A DNA stretch of 64,000 nucleotides from an uncultured Dictyoglomota bacterium (GTDB lineage Bacteria; Dictyoglomota; Dictyoglomia; Dictyoglomales; Dictyoglomaceae): contig CAZZIO010000065.1 of NCBI GenBank assembly GCA_964654465.1, positions 1-64,000 of the forward strand. The letters are read 5' to 3'. Positions 29,369-45,329 of the stretch are shown here, piece by piece. The position numbers and the translations under genes are program-made. Position 1 is the first letter of the stretch. Each line of letters starts with the position of its first letter. The notes beneath the pieces are model-generated. The model was not told the origin of the DNA. It saw nothing but the letters and a program-made list of their open reading frames with translations, and ran no database searches.

Positions 29369-30167
29369 AGAAGCTTTAATTGAAGATATTGGTACAGGAG
29401 ATATTACAACCGATAGTATCGTTCCAGAAGATATGAGATCAAAGGCTATTATTTTGTCAAAAGATAACGGTATTATTGCTGGTATACCTGTAGCAAAAGA
29501 AGTTTTTAAATATCTTGATGCAGATGTAAAATTCAATGAAAATTGTAAAGATGGTGATTCCATTAGAAGAGGAGACATAATACTTGAAATATATGGAAAA
29601 ACAAGAGCTATACTTTCAGGAGAAAGAACAGCTCTTAACTTTTTACAAAGACTATCTGGCATTGCAACCTATACAAGAAAATGCATTGATATAGTAAGTC
29701 CATACAATGTTAAAATTTTAGACACAAGAAAAACTACTCCACTTTTAAGAATTCTTGAAAAATATGCAGTAAAGGTTGGTGGAGGAGAAAATCACAGATT
29801 TGCACTATACGATATGGTATTAATAAAAGATAATCATATAAAATTTGCAGGAAGCATCACTGAAGCAATTAAAAGAATTAGGAAAAACCTATCTCATATA
29901 TATAAAATAGAAGTAGAAGTAAAAAATATTGAGGAACTAAAAGAAGCATTAGAAAATAATGTAGATATGGTATTGTTGGATAATATGGATTTAAAAACTA
30001 TAGAGGAATGTGTAAAAATAGCAAAAGGAAAAGCATTAATAGAGGTTTCAGGAGGAATATCCATAGAAAATTTAGAATCTATTGCTAAATTAGGTGTGGA
30101 CTTTATATCTATGGGAAAACTAACTCATTCAGTGAAAAGCTTAGATCTAAGCTTGGAAATAGAATAA
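29331..30167 (+). CDS. nadC: Nicotinate-nucleotide diphosphorylase (carboxylating)
   Basis: GDITT, ERTALN, DTRKT, NHR, IKDNH, LLDNM, SGG. Confidence 0.95.
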   Translation: MSIPHHLLKKIIEEALIEDIGTGDITTDSIVPEDMRSKAIILSKDNGIIAGIPVAKEVFKYLDADVKFNENCKDGDSIRRGDIILEIYGKTRAILSGERTALNFLQRLSGIATYTRKCIDIVSPYNVKILDTRKTTPLLRILEKYAVKVGGGENHRFALYDMVLIKDNHIKFAGSITEAIKRIRKNLSHIYKIEVEVKNIEELKEALENNVDMVLLDNMDLKTIEECVKIAKGKALIEVSGGISIENLESIAKLGVDFISMGKLTHSVKSLDLSLEIE

Positions 30168-30174
30168 TACTTCA

Positions 30175-31016
30175 ATGTTAAAAACCAAAACTCAAAAGGA
30201 AAAAGCATATATCTTCCTTTTAATTGGCATATCAGCTATGGCTTCAGCTTCCATTATTATTAAGCTGACAAAAGCTCCTCCCCTTGTTATAGCATCATAC
30301 CGTTTATTAATATCATCTCTTATTCTTTCCTTAATGAATTACAAGAAAGTAAAAACATGCTCTAAGATATTTAACAATATATTGTTAACTTTTGCAGGAT
30401 TATCCTTAAGCATTCATTTTTACACATGGATCTCTGCTCTTTTTCTAACTTCTGTGGCTAATGCTGTTGTACTTGTAAATACAAGTCCTATATTTATATC
30501 TATATTAGTATCAATTATAGAGAAAAAAATACCATCAAAAAAATTCTACCTTTCAGTATTAGTAGCCCTTATAGGTGTGTTTCTTATAACCTATAACAAT
30601 GATTTAAAAGTCCAAATAGGAAAAGGTGAAATATTATCCATTATAGGTGCTATAACCTTTGCCATTTATATATACACAGGTAGATATCTCTCAAAAGAAA
30701 TATCCTTCATCTCATATATTACCTATGTATATTCTATTGCAGGGATATGCTTACTTTTAATTACTATCCTCTTAAAAATACCTTTAGTAGGATACTCTGC
30801 CTATACATATCTAAATTTTTTGCTCCTTGCCCTAATACCACAGTTAATAGGTCATTCTTCTACCAATTATGCTATTAGAATTTTATCTCCTACCTTTACC
30901 TCTATAGTATTAATAGGTGAAACAGTAATAGCAACAGTTTTCTCAGTCATCTTTTTAAAAGAAACTATAAATCTATATAAACTTATAGGAATAGGTTTAA
31001 TAATAATAGCAGTATT

Positions 31017-31041
<25 letters not shown>
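30175..31041 (+). CDS. DMT/EamA family transporter
   Basis: About 10 TM segments, TSVANA, PQLIGH. Confidence 0.85.
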
Positions 31042-36258
<5,217 letters not shown>

Positions 36259-36265
36259 AAAATTT

Positions 36266-36631
36266 CTATGCCCCTAAAAGTAGTTCTACCTTAGAAATCA
36301 AATCCGCAAGACCAAAAGGTTTAGTCATATACTCATCTGCCCCCATACTATAACCTACTTTTTTATCTAATTCGCTGGACCTTGCTGTAAGCATAAGTAC
36401 CATGGTATTCATAGAAGGATCACCTTTTATTTGTTCGCATATACTATAACCATCAATATCAGGAAGCATTATATCAAGAATTACTAAATCGGGTTGTACT
36501 TCTCTTATTTTCTCTAATGCTTCCCTCCCTGTCCCAGCTTCGTGTATCTCATATTTTTTTAAAAAATCCAAGGTTTCTCTGATAAGGCTTCTAACATTTT
36601 CTTCATCTTCCACTATTAGAATCTTCTTCAT
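36266..36631 (-). CDS. Single-domain response regulator
   Basis: VEDE, LDIMLP, LTA, TKPF; no output domain. Confidence 0.93.
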   Translation of the reverse strand: MKKILIVEDEENVRSLIRETLDFLKKYEIHEAGTGREALEKIREVQPDLVILDIMLPDIDGYSICEQIKGDPSMNTMVLMLTARSSELDKKVGYSMGADEYMTKPFGLADLISKVELLLGA

Positions 36632-36730
36632 AATACCTCCTATAAATCTTTAATTTAATTAACTTAATTTTAATTTTACCTTATTATACCAAGTATATTA
36701 TAATAAAAAAAATATTACGAGGTGAAAGGT

Positions 36731-37015
36731 ATGAATTTAAAAGAGCAAATAGAAAACAGACTTAGAGAAATTATAGATCCCGAGGTAGGTATGGATTTAG
36801 TAACACTTAATACCATCGATAAACTGGAAGTAGACAATGATGGAAATGTGAAAGTTGTATTTAGACCCACAACTCCTTTTTGCCCTTTGGGTATTCAACT
36901 TGCTCTATCCATCAAAAAAGTCATTAAAGAAATAGAAGGTGTAAAAAATGTAGATGTAGAGGTGGTAGATTTTATATTTGCAGAACAAGCAAATGAAATT
37001 TTAAAAAATCGATAA
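36731..37015 (+). CDS. DUF59/SufT-like Fe-S assembly factor
   Basis: IIDPE, TTPFCP; GAAAGG RBS before ATG 36731. Confidence 0.88.
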   Translation: MNLKEQIENRLREIIDPEVGMDLVTLNTIDKLEVDNDGNVKVVFRPTTPFCPLGIQLALSIKKVIKEIEGVKNVDVEVVDFIFAEQANEILKNR

Positions 37016-37022
37016 AAGTTAA

Positions 37023-38984
37023 TCATTCTTTCTTAACAACCCACTCTTCGAAGAGCTCCTCTTTAGGGAGCTCTTCGATAAATATGGAAGGCTTATTAAA
37101 TATATTCATATCCTTTAATCTTTTCATTATGTGAGTAATAACAAAAAGTTCTCTTTTGGCTCTTGTTACTGCCACATAAAAAAGTCTCCTTTCTTCTTCT
37201 AAATTATCCATACTTTTATAAGAAGGAAATTCTCCTTGTACTAAACGGAGAATAAAAACCACATCCCATTCTAAACCCTTTGCCTGATGAATAGTAGATA
37301 AAACCACATAGTCCTTTTCTTCTCCCTCTTCTTCTATTAATTTTTCTCCTGCATAGGTATATAAGGTAAGTTCGCTTAAAAAATCGCCTAAATTCTTATA
37401 TTTTTGAGAAAAATTAATAAGTTGAACAATATCCTTTTCTCTATCTTTAAAATCAGGATATTTAGTTTCCAAATAATTTCTGTACTCTTCGTTATAAAAA
37501 ACAAATAGAATATCTGAAAATCTATCTAAAGGGATATTCTTAATCTTATCCCATAAATCTCTTATCCTTCTTAAACCATCTAAAGTTCTACCACTTACTG
37601 AGATCTGAAATATCCTTTCAAAATCTCTTGTTTCTCTCAAAATAGAAGCAAATTTTTTTGCATAAGCTCTACCAATTCCTGGAAACAATTTAAAAAATCT
37701 CTGGGCAGAAAGTTCATCTTGGGGATTATATAGAATTTTTAATATGGAAAGCATATCTTTTATATGAGCTTGTTCAAAAAATCTTAAACCTCCTCTTACC
37801 TCATATGGGATACCTTGAGTAGTAAGCTCCATTTGTAAAATCATAGAATGATAGTTAGACCTAAAAAGTACTCCCATATTCTTATATTTAATACCTTCCT
37901 GATGCATATTTTTAATGATCTCTGCCACAAATTGAGCTTCTTCTTCATCATCTCTTACCCATACTAATTTGGGTTTAGATCCACTTTTTAATACGGGTCT
38001 TATAGTCTTAGGATACTGATTTACATTTCTCTTAATAATCTCATTAGCCAAAGCTATTATCTCGGGTGTACTTCTATAGTTATATTCTAAATAAAAAATC
38101 TTCGTTCCTAAAAATATATTAGGAAAATTCAATATATTATCAATAGTGGCCCCTCTAAAGGAATATATACTTTGAGCATCATCTCCAACTACCAATACAT
38201 TTTTATTTTCTTCTCTCATAAGTCTTACAATTTCTCCTTGAAGCCAATTTGTATCCTGATATTCATCTACTAAAAGCCAGATAAATTTATCATTTAAGAT
38301 TTTTTTTACCTTCTCTTTTTCCATAAGAAGCTTATACCAAAACATAAGTAGATCATCATAATCTACAAGATTTAGCTCTTTTTTCCTCTCTTCATATCTT
38401 TTAAAAACCCTCTCAATTAAATCTACCTTTTCTATAATATGAGGAGCCTTTATTTTCAAAACCTCATCCCAATTTTTCCCAGTGTTCACCTTATAACTAA
38501 ATATTTCCAAAACTAAATTTTTACCTAATTCTTCCTCCCTCCGCTCCTCTAAACATTCATCAATAAGATCTGCTGAATCCTCTCTATCCAATATGTTATA
38601 ATCTACCCTCATTCCAATTTCCTTTCCAAATATTCTTAAAATTCTATTTCCCACATGATGAAATGTACCTCCCCATATATCTTCAGCCTTTTCTCCTATT
38701 AAAGCAGAAGCCCTGTTTATCATGTTTTTAGCGGCATGGTTGGTGAAAGTTAAAAGCATAATATTCTTAGGAGAATAACCTAAAGCAATAAGATATCCTA
38801 CTCTATAGATAACTGTACGAGTCTTTCCTGATCCAGGTCCAGCAATAACCAAGGAAGGACCATCTGCTTCTAAAACTACTTTTTTCTGTTCATCATTTAG
38901 GTCCTTCTCTATACGTTTAAGAAATTCTTGCTTCTTTTTAGAAGGGAGAATATAAATTTTCTTATCACTAAATTGGTTATCCAT
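37023..38984 (-). CDS. UvrD/PcrA/Rep family helicase
   Basis: AGPGSGKT, TFTN, DEYQD, GDDAQSIYSFRGA, NYRS, TIHQAKGLE, YVAVTRA. Confidence 0.95.
   Translation of the reverse strand: MDNQFSDKKIYILPSKKKQEFLKRIEKDLNDEQKKVVLEADGPSLVIAGPGSGKTRTVIYRVGYLIALGYSPKNIMLLTFTNHAAKNMINRASALIGEKAEDIWGGTFHHVGNRILRIFGKEIGMRVDYNILDREDSADLIDECLEERREEELGKNLVLEIFSYKVNTGKNWDEVLKIKAPHIIEKVDLIERVFKRYEERKKELNLVDYDDLLMFWYKLLMEKEKVKKILNDKFIWLLVDEYQDTNWLQGEIVRLMREENKNVLVVGDDAQSIYSFRGATIDNILNFPNIFLGTKIFYLEYNYRSTPEIIALANEIIKRNVNQYPKTIRPVLKSGSKPKLVWVRDDEEEAQFVAEIIKNMHQEGIKYKNMGVLFRSNYHSMILQMELTTQGIPYEVRGGLRFFEQAHIKDMLSILKILYNPQDELSAQRFFKLFPGIGRAYAKKFASILRETRDFERIFQISVSGRTLDGLRRIRDLWDKIKNIPLDRFSDILFVFYNEEYRNYLETKYPDFKDREKDIVQLINFSQKYKNLGDFLSELTLYTYAGEKLIEEEGEEKDYVVLSTIHQAKGLEWDVVFILRLVQGEFPSYKSMDNLEEERRLFYVAVTRAKRELFVITHIMKRLKDMNIFNKPSIFIEELPKEELFEEWVVKKE
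37048..37078. terminator. Hairpin inside helicase 3' end, downstream of the DUF59 stop
   Basis: TCGAAGAGCTCC/GGAGCTCTTCGA 12-bp stem; no U-tail. Confidence 0.45.
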
Positions 38985-39038
38985 AAGAATTATTATATAA
39001 TAAGAGAAAATAAAATCCTTTAAGGAGGAAATAATAAA

Positions 39039-39614
39039 ATGAAAAAAATTATAACTTTGATTCTTATTGTAATTTTAATCATAAATTTAAGCTTTGCCCA
39101 AAATACTCAAACCCCCACTCAAAAAAATATTGTGAAAAAACCAGTTACTATATTTACCCTTCATGTATTAACATTTAACAATCTTGTAAAATCCAATTTA
39201 GAAAAAGATTTAAAAGGGCTTGATGATTCTTTTAAAATGAGTATTCCCATATATCATCCTGCGATTGGTTTAAACCTATCTTTTTATACAAAACTTTCCC
39301 AAAAAGGTAATCCTTATCCTTCCATGATAAATAGAATTCTTAAAAATTTGGTCTTTGCTTTAAATAGTTCAGAGCTTCCTGATAAAACAAATATCAACAT
39401 AATCCTATATACAGAAGATGAGAAAAATATATATGATTCTAAAACCCTTTTTATCACATTTACTCTATCTTCTCTAAAAGAGTTTGCAAAAGCCAAGGAT
39501 ATAAATAAGTTTGGTAGCCAAATGTTAGTCTTTTTAGAAACCGAGAAACTTGAATATAAAAATGGAGTATTTTCATCTAAAAATTACGATTTTGAATGGA
39601 TATTAAAAATATAA
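39039..39614 (+). CDS. Hypothetical exported protein
   Basis: AAGGAGG RBS; signal peptide ending SFA. Confidence 0.75.
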   Translation: MKKIITLILIVILIINLSFAQNTQTPTQKNIVKKPVTIFTLHVLTFNNLVKSNLEKDLKGLDDSFKMSIPIYHPAIGLNLSFYTKLSQKGNPYPSMINRILKNLVFALNSSELPDKTNINIILYTEDEKNIYDSKTLFITFTLSSLKEFAKAKDINKFGSQMLVFLETEKLEYKNGVFSSKNYDFEWILKI

Positions 39615-39615
39615 G

Positions 39616-40191
39616 ATGAGGAGTGATATTGTGTATAAAGAAATAAGAAATACCTTTACCTATCTATTACATCCCCTGCCTGCTCTTCTTATCACAAGTA
39701 TTAGCAAAAATCAAAAGCCTAATGTTATGACTATTTCTTGGATCATACCAGTAAGTATAAACCCACCTCTTATTGCTGTAAGTCTTAGACCAGAGAGATA
39801 TACCTATGCCCTTATTAAAGAAACAAAAAACTTTGCAATAAACATTCCTGATTATTCTTTAAGAAAATCAGTTTTTATATGTGGAAGATTTAGTGGTAGA
39901 AATACAGATAAATTTAAAAAGGCTAACCTTACTCCCATACCTGCCCATAAAATAACTGCTCCCCTAATCAAGGAATGTACCGCACATATAGAATGTTCTT
40001 TAGAAGATATTGTAGAACTTAAGGCTGATCATCACATAGTAATAGGTAAAGTAATTTACTCTGAAGCCTTAGAAGAATATTTTGAAACCATTTATGATCC
40101 TTCAAAGTACAAAGCCCTTCTCTATTTTGGAAAAGATGTTTATACTACAACAGGTGAATATGAAACCATCAAATTATCAGAAGAAAATTAA
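39616..40191 (+). CDS. Flavin reductase family protein
   Basis: PNVMTISW, FAINIP, SGRNTDK, AHIEC, DHHIVIG; true start may be GTG 39631. Confidence 0.9.
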   Translation: MRSDIVYKEIRNTFTYLLHPLPALLITSISKNQKPNVMTISWIIPVSINPPLIAVSLRPERYTYALIKETKNFAINIPDYSLRKSVFICGRFSGRNTDKFKKANLTPIPAHKITAPLIKECTAHIECSLEDIVELKADHHIVIGKVIYSEALEEYFETIYDPSKYKALLYFGKDVYTTTGEYETIKLSEEN

Positions 40192-40840
40192 ACATCATTT
40201 TATATTAGTTTTATTATTTATTTTACTAAGCATATCCTTATCCTTAGGTATATCTATTGAAGAAGTAATAAGAAAAACCCAAGAAGCTAATAATAAAGTA
40301 TCCACTCTTTATAGTATTCTTGAAGTTTATAATAGACTAGGGAATAACGAAGAATATATTACATATAAATTTTATTACCAGAAACCAGATAAAATAAGGT
40401 TGGAAGTACTAGAGGGAAAAGATAAGAGTACAATAATGGTATATCAAACAGGTAAAGTAAGATATAAAAAGGGCGGATTATTAAGCTTTATTCCCTTATC
40501 TTTAAACGTAGATGATCCCTTGGTAGTATCCATTAGAAAAGGGCAAATACCTGACCTCACTTTTGATTATATTATAGACTTATTAACTACCAATAACCCA
40601 ACTGGAATAAAGGAAACTGTTTTTTTAAACTATAATTGTTACATAATAGAAATAGGAAGTAGTAGAGATAAATTATATAATTATTCTTTCCAAAGGATAT
40701 ATATAGAAAAAAATTTATTTTTACCTGTTTCCTTAGAACAATATGAAGATATTAAGGGAGAAAGAACATTAGTACATAGGAGAGTATATAAAAACCTTCA
40801 GATAAACATAAAAATTGATCCACAAACCTTTGAAATATAA
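40160..40840 (+). CDS. LolA-like outer-membrane lipoprotein-sorting fold protein
   Basis: Signal/TM segment, KPDKIRLE, C-terminal YKNLQIN...F pattern; start uncertain. Confidence 0.65.
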   Translation: MKPSNYQKKIKHHFILVLLFILLSISLSLGISIEEVIRKTQEANNKVSTLYSILEVYNRLGNNEEYITYKFYYQKPDKIRLEVLEGKDKSTIMVYQTGKVRYKKGGLLSFIPLSLNVDDPLVVSIRKGQIPDLTFDYIIDLLTTNNPTGIKETVFLNYNCYIIEIGSSRDKLYNYSFQRIYIEKNLFLPVSLEQYEDIKGERTLVHRRVYKNLQINIKIDPQTFEI

Positions 40841-40842
40841 AT

Positions 40843-41931
40843 ATGGGAATAAAAATAACTCTTGAAAATATATATAAAACTTATAAAGAGGAAGGCTTAT
40901 TAAAAGAGAAAAAATTTACAAATGCCTTAGAGAATATTAATTTAGAAATTCCTGAAGGGAAAACCTTAGCTGTAGTAGGACCATCTGGATGTGGTAAAAC
41001 TACTTTATTAAAAGTAATAGCAGGTTTAGAAAACCCAGATAGTGGAGATATTTATTTTAATCAACAAAAAGTCAATGATCTCTCACCCGCTGAAAGAAAA
41101 ATTGGAATGGTTTTCCAAAACTATGCCCTTTATCCTCACTACGAAGCAAGAGGTAATTTAGCATTTCCATTTTGGATTAAAAAAACCCCCGAAAAAGTAA
41201 TTGATGAAAAAATTAAAGAAACAGCAGATATATTAGGAGTTGATTTTCAATACTTACTAAATAAAAAACCAAAACAACTTTCAGGAGGAGAAAAACAAAG
41301 AGTAGCAATAGGAAGATGTATAATTAGAAATCCTTCAGTTATGTTATTTGACGAACCCTTATCTAATTTAGATGCAAGATTAAGGGCTATAACAAGAGTA
41401 CAAATAAAAAAGCTCCTTTTAAGATTTCAAGTTACATCAGTATATGTCACCCACGATCAAATAGAAGCAACAAGTATGGGAGATATAATAGCAGTAATGA
41501 ATGAAGGGAAAATATTACAGGTTGGTACTTATGATAAATTAATAGAAGATCCTAAAAATTCTTTTGTGGCTTCTTTTGTAGGGAAACCTCCAATGAATCT
41601 TATAGAAGCAAAGATTATAAATTCTCACATTATCATAGGTTCAAAAAATATTCCTATCAGATATACTATAAGAGACGGAGAATACCTTATAGGTTTTCAT
41701 GCAAGGGATATAAAAATTACTTCCGAAGGAATTTTTAGAGGAGAAATCTTTTTTATTGATGGAACTCCCTCAGATAATTTAAGAATCCTAAATGTTGAAA
41801 CCGAAGAAAAGAAGATCATAAAAATAGAAATAAAGGAAAGTACAAGATTTCATGTAGGAGAAACTATATCATTTTCCCTTCCAAATAGAATTTATGTGTT
41901 TGATAAGATTTCAGGGAAAAGAGTTATCTAA
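40843..41931 (+). CDS. MalK-type ABC transporter ATPase
   Basis: GPSGCGKT, VFQNYALYPH, LSGGEKQR, DEPLSNLD, YVTHDQ. Confidence 0.92.
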   Translation: MGIKITLENIYKTYKEEGLLKEKKFTNALENINLEIPEGKTLAVVGPSGCGKTTLLKVIAGLENPDSGDIYFNQQKVNDLSPAERKIGMVFQNYALYPHYEARGNLAFPFWIKKTPEKVIDEKIKETADILGVDFQYLLNKKPKQLSGGEKQRVAIGRCIIRNPSVMLFDEPLSNLDARLRAITRVQIKKLLLRFQVTSVYVTHDQIEATSMGDIIAVMNEGKILQVGTYDKLIEDPKNSFVASFVGKPPMNLIEAKIINSHIIIGSKNIPIRYTIRDGEYLIGFHARDIKITSEGIFRGEIFFIDGTPSDNLRILNVETEEKKIIKIEIKESTRFHVGETISFSLPNRIYVFDKISGKRVI

Positions 41932-41953
41932 AATAAAAGGAGGATAATCCAAC

Positions 41954-42907
41954 ATGTGGAAAAAAGTAACTTTAAGCATTTTCTTAATAATACTTTTTCT
42001 CTCCCCAGCTCTTTCTTGGTCTGCCCATAGAGAAATGACAGAAATCATACTGAAAGATTTAGATTGGCTAAAAAAATATAGGGACATAACCGTAACAGCT
42101 TATACCTATCATGATACATCCCCATACAATCCATCATATATTATTCCCTATCGTGGAGAAAAAATAGGTGATAAGATAGATGCCATAACAATAATCACAA
42201 GATATGTAACTGAACCAGATATGGGAATGGATGAAAACATAAATCTTAACTCTATGCAAAAACTTACGGGAGGAAGCTCAGGTTGGAGACATCAATATTA
42301 TATACTTTTTGGTGGAACCCTTAAATTAGGCGAAGCCCCCAAAAGAATAATCCATTTTTGGAACTTAGCCAAAGAGGCCTTCCAAAAGAATGATTATTAT
42401 TGGGGTTTCCGTTTCTTTGCTTATAGCCTCCACTACCTTCAGGACCTTACACAGCCTTTTCACGCCTATCCCATGCCTCTGGGAAATGCTATTGTTAATA
42501 TTTTTAATCTTGAAAAACTCATTGCCCAGGGAGAAAATCATCATTATACTTTAGAAGATTACCAAGAATGGCAAATAATAAATAAAAATCCTATATATAT
42601 TCAAACCATTAAAAAGGCACAACCTCACAAGGTAGATAATCCTGAAGAAGCAGGAATTAAAGCAGCATGGGAAGCAAGAAAAGATGCAGGAAAATTATGG
42701 GAGATTCAATCTAAATATTTTCCTAGAATAAATGACAATAAAAATTATAAAGCCCCAAAAGAATTATTTAGTAAACCTTCTCAATTAAGAGAAGAGTATG
42801 ATAAAATTATCCTTCATAATTTAGAAAATTTTGCAGGATGGACAAAAGGTTATTTGGAGTTCTTAAAAATTACTCTTGACAAATTAAACGAGGTATCAGG
42901 CAAATGA
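41954..42907 (+). CDS. Secreted Zn-dependent phospholipase C / S1-P1 nuclease fold protein
   Basis: Signal peptide ALS followed by WSAH; EPD; HYLQDLTQPFH; HHYTLE. Confidence 0.75.
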   Translation: MWKKVTLSIFLIILFLSPALSWSAHREMTEIILKDLDWLKKYRDITVTAYTYHDTSPYNPSYIIPYRGEKIGDKIDAITIITRYVTEPDMGMDENINLNSMQKLTGGSSGWRHQYYILFGGTLKLGEAPKRIIHFWNLAKEAFQKNDYYWGFRFFAYSLHYLQDLTQPFHAYPMPLGNAIVNIFNLEKLIAQGENHHYTLEDYQEWQIINKNPIYIQTIKKAQPHKVDNPEEAGIKAAWEARKDAGKLWEIQSKYFPRINDNKNYKAPKELFSKPSQLREEYDKIILHNLENFAGWTKGYLEFLKITLDKLNEVSGK

Positions 42908-43998
42908 GAAAAGTATATATAACTATATTACTATTAGGAATCGCTATAGCTCTTTTTGCATATTTTCAAATAACTAATAGACCTGTAGATGTAGAAGTAT
43001 TAAGGCTCTCAAGAAGAGATTTACCCTTATCTATAAGCGTAAGTGGTATTTTAGTTTTTTCAAGAAAAATAGACATATATCCTAAAATATCCGGAGTAGT
43101 AAAAGAAGTTAGAGTAAAACCAGGAAACAAAGTTAAGAAAGGAGATATACTAGCTACAATAGATGCTCAAGAATTAAAAAAACAGATGGACCAAATAAAA
43201 AATATGATCGATCTTTTGAAAATAAACAACGCATTAAGAGGCATAGGATTTCAACAAAGTAATACTCCTTATTTCTCACAAGATCAATTAAAGACCTTAG
43301 AAAACTATTATGATTCTTTAAAAAACCTTTATGAAGAACGAATAGTAAAAGCCCCAATATCTGGTATTATCGCCAAAGTAAATATTACTCCTGGAGAAAC
43401 CATAAAATCTCAAGAACAAGTCCCTGCTACAAATTTCTTAGGAAATCTCTCCAGTCTATTATCCTTATTCAACCTTAATATTTCAAATAGTAACTCCATA
43501 ATTACTATAATTGATCCTACTTCTTTGGTTGGTTTACTAAAAGTAGATGAAAACAATATTTTAAAAATAAAAGAAGGTCAAGATGTAGAAATATATGTAG
43601 ACGCTTTGGAAGAAAACCCATGGAGAGGAAAAATAACATCCATAAACATGATTCCTTCGTTAAATAAAGATGGTTCTTACTCTTATGATGTTTCTGTGAA
43701 TATTCCCCAACTTGGAAATAAAGTAGTAGAAGGTATGAGTATTTCTGCTACCATAAATATAGGAGTAAAGAAAAATGTTATTGTTATACCTTTAAGTACT
43801 ATCTCCTTTAAAGAAGGCAAAACCTATGTCTACACTGTAGAAAATGGAAGAGCAAAAAGAAAAGAAGTTGTAATAGGAGATATGAATACTGATTATGTGG
43901 AAATAAAAGGAGGACTAAAAGAAGGAGATTTAGTAATCTTATCTCCTCTTGATAAAATCTCTGATAACTCCAAAATAAAAATATATAAAGAAAACTAA
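42904..43998 (+). CDS. Efflux membrane fusion protein (MacA-like)
   Basis: N-terminal TM, ISGVV...VKKGD lipoyl halves, APISG, GLKEGD. Confidence 0.9.
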   Translation: MRKVYITILLLGIAIALFAYFQITNRPVDVEVLRLSRRDLPLSISVSGILVFSRKIDIYPKISGVVKEVRVKPGNKVKKGDILATIDAQELKKQMDQIKNMIDLLKINNALRGIGFQQSNTPYFSQDQLKTLENYYDSLKNLYEERIVKAPISGIIAKVNITPGETIKSQEQVPATNFLGNLSSLLSLFNLNISNSNSIITIIDPTSLVGLLKVDENNILKIKEGQDVEIYVDALEENPWRGKITSINMIPSLNKDGSYSYDVSVNIPQLGNKVVEGMSISATINIGVKKNVIVIPLSTISFKEGKTYVYTVENGRAKRKEVVIGDMNTDYVEIKGGLKEGDLVILSPLDKISDNSKIKIYKEN

Positions 43999-43999
43999 A

Positions 44000-45235
44000 A
44001 TGAACACAAAATTTTATGAAAACCTAAAGATAGCTATTTTTACTCTTAAAAGTAATAAGTTAAGATCTTTTTTAACCATCTTAGGGATTATTATTGGTGT
44101 ATTTTCTGTAGTTCTCCTTATTTCTATAGGAGAAGGTGCTAAAAACCAGACTCTTCAAATAATTGAAAATTTAGGTGGAAATACCCTATTAATCTTTCCT
44201 ACATCGGTAGAAACAGAAGGAACATTTAATTCCATCAGAAATCAGAATTTTAGAAATCAAAGAGGAGTTATTCCTCAGCTCTTTAAGTATAATGACTTAC
44301 TATCTCTAAGAAGAGTATTTAAAGATGAAATTATATTCTCATCTATGGTGACCTCTTACTTAGAAGTGAAATACAAAATTTTTCCTATTAATGCTACTAT
44401 TTATGGTACTGATAGCAATGGATTAATCATCAATAAAGATGGAATTACCTATGGAAGATTCTTTTCAGAGTATGAAATATCTTCAAAGGAGAAAGTATGT
44501 ATCATAGGACCTAAGATTGCCCAAAATATTGCATCTCAACTTCAAGAATCACTGAACAAAATAATTAAAATAGGTAGTTATAATTTTAGAGTTATAGGGG
44601 TTCTCAAAGAAAGGGGATACAGTCAAAATTTAGGTGATTTAGATTCCAGAATCATAATACCTATTACTACCGCCTTTATCTTAAAAGGAGATCAAAATCT
44701 TAATATTATTATTGCTCAAGTAAAAGATTCAAAAAATATTGATATTTATAAACAAAAGCTCATATTTATACTAAAGCAAATCAGAGGAAAATTAAATTTC
44801 ATTGTTGCAAAACAAGAAGATCTTTTATCTGCTATGAATGAAATATTAAATATATTGACTTTAACATTAGCAGGAATAGCAAGTATATCACTTATTGTAG
44901 GAGGTATTGGAATAATGAATATAATGCTGGTCTCTGTTACAGAAAGGTATAAAGAGATTGGTATAAGAAAAGCCATAGGAGCCAGAAGAAAAGATATTTT
45001 AATTCAATTTCTTACTGAATCATCTTTTTTAGGAATAATAGGTGGATTTTTAGGAATCATTTTATCCATAATCACTGGAGAAATATTGAAAAATTTCGAA
45101 ATACCATATTCTTTTAATATAACCACAGTACTACTTGGTTTCTTTTTCTCTCTTTTTATAGGACTTATATTTGGAGTGTTACCTGCTATGCGTGCTGCCA
45201 ATTTGGATCCAATACAAGCATTACGCTCAGAGTAA
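44000..45235 (+). CDS. MacB/FtsX-family ABC permease without ATPase domain
   Basis: RSFLTILGIIIG, GGIGIMNIMLVSVTER, EIGIRKAIGA, PIQALR. Confidence 0.92.
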   Translation: MNTKFYENLKIAIFTLKSNKLRSFLTILGIIIGVFSVVLLISIGEGAKNQTLQIIENLGGNTLLIFPTSVETEGTFNSIRNQNFRNQRGVIPQLFKYNDLLSLRRVFKDEIIFSSMVTSYLEVKYKIFPINATIYGTDSNGLIINKDGITYGRFFSEYEISSKEKVCIIGPKIAQNIASQLQESLNKIIKIGSYNFRVIGVLKERGYSQNLGDLDSRIIIPITTAFILKGDQNLNIIIAQVKDSKNIDIYKQKLIFILKQIRGKLNFIVAKQEDLLSAMNEILNILTLTLAGIASISLIVGGIGIMNIMLVSVTERYKEIGIRKAIGARRKDILIQFLTESSFLGIIGGFLGIILSIITGEILKNFEIPYSFNITTVLLGFFFSLFIGLIFGVLPAMRAANLDPIQALRSE

Positions 45236-45271
45236 ACTTTTTACCATAGTAAAAATCCTTTATTCAAAATG

Positions 45272-45300
45272 TTGATTTTTATAATTGAAAATTATAAAAT
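45272..45300 (+). promoter_or_regulatory. Promoter overlapped by a palindromic operator upstream of DUF2089
   Basis: TTGATT, 17 bp, TAAAAT; TTTTATAATT-gaa-AATTATAAAA (45277-45299). Confidence 0.45.
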
Positions 45301-45329
45301 TTATTTGTAAATTTTTAAAGGAGGAAAGG

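Noticed and set aside
28780-29662. Antisense ORFs of 185 and 130 aa, and similar shadow ORFs across the window
   Set aside because: Lie opposite well-supported genes, with no motifs or RBS
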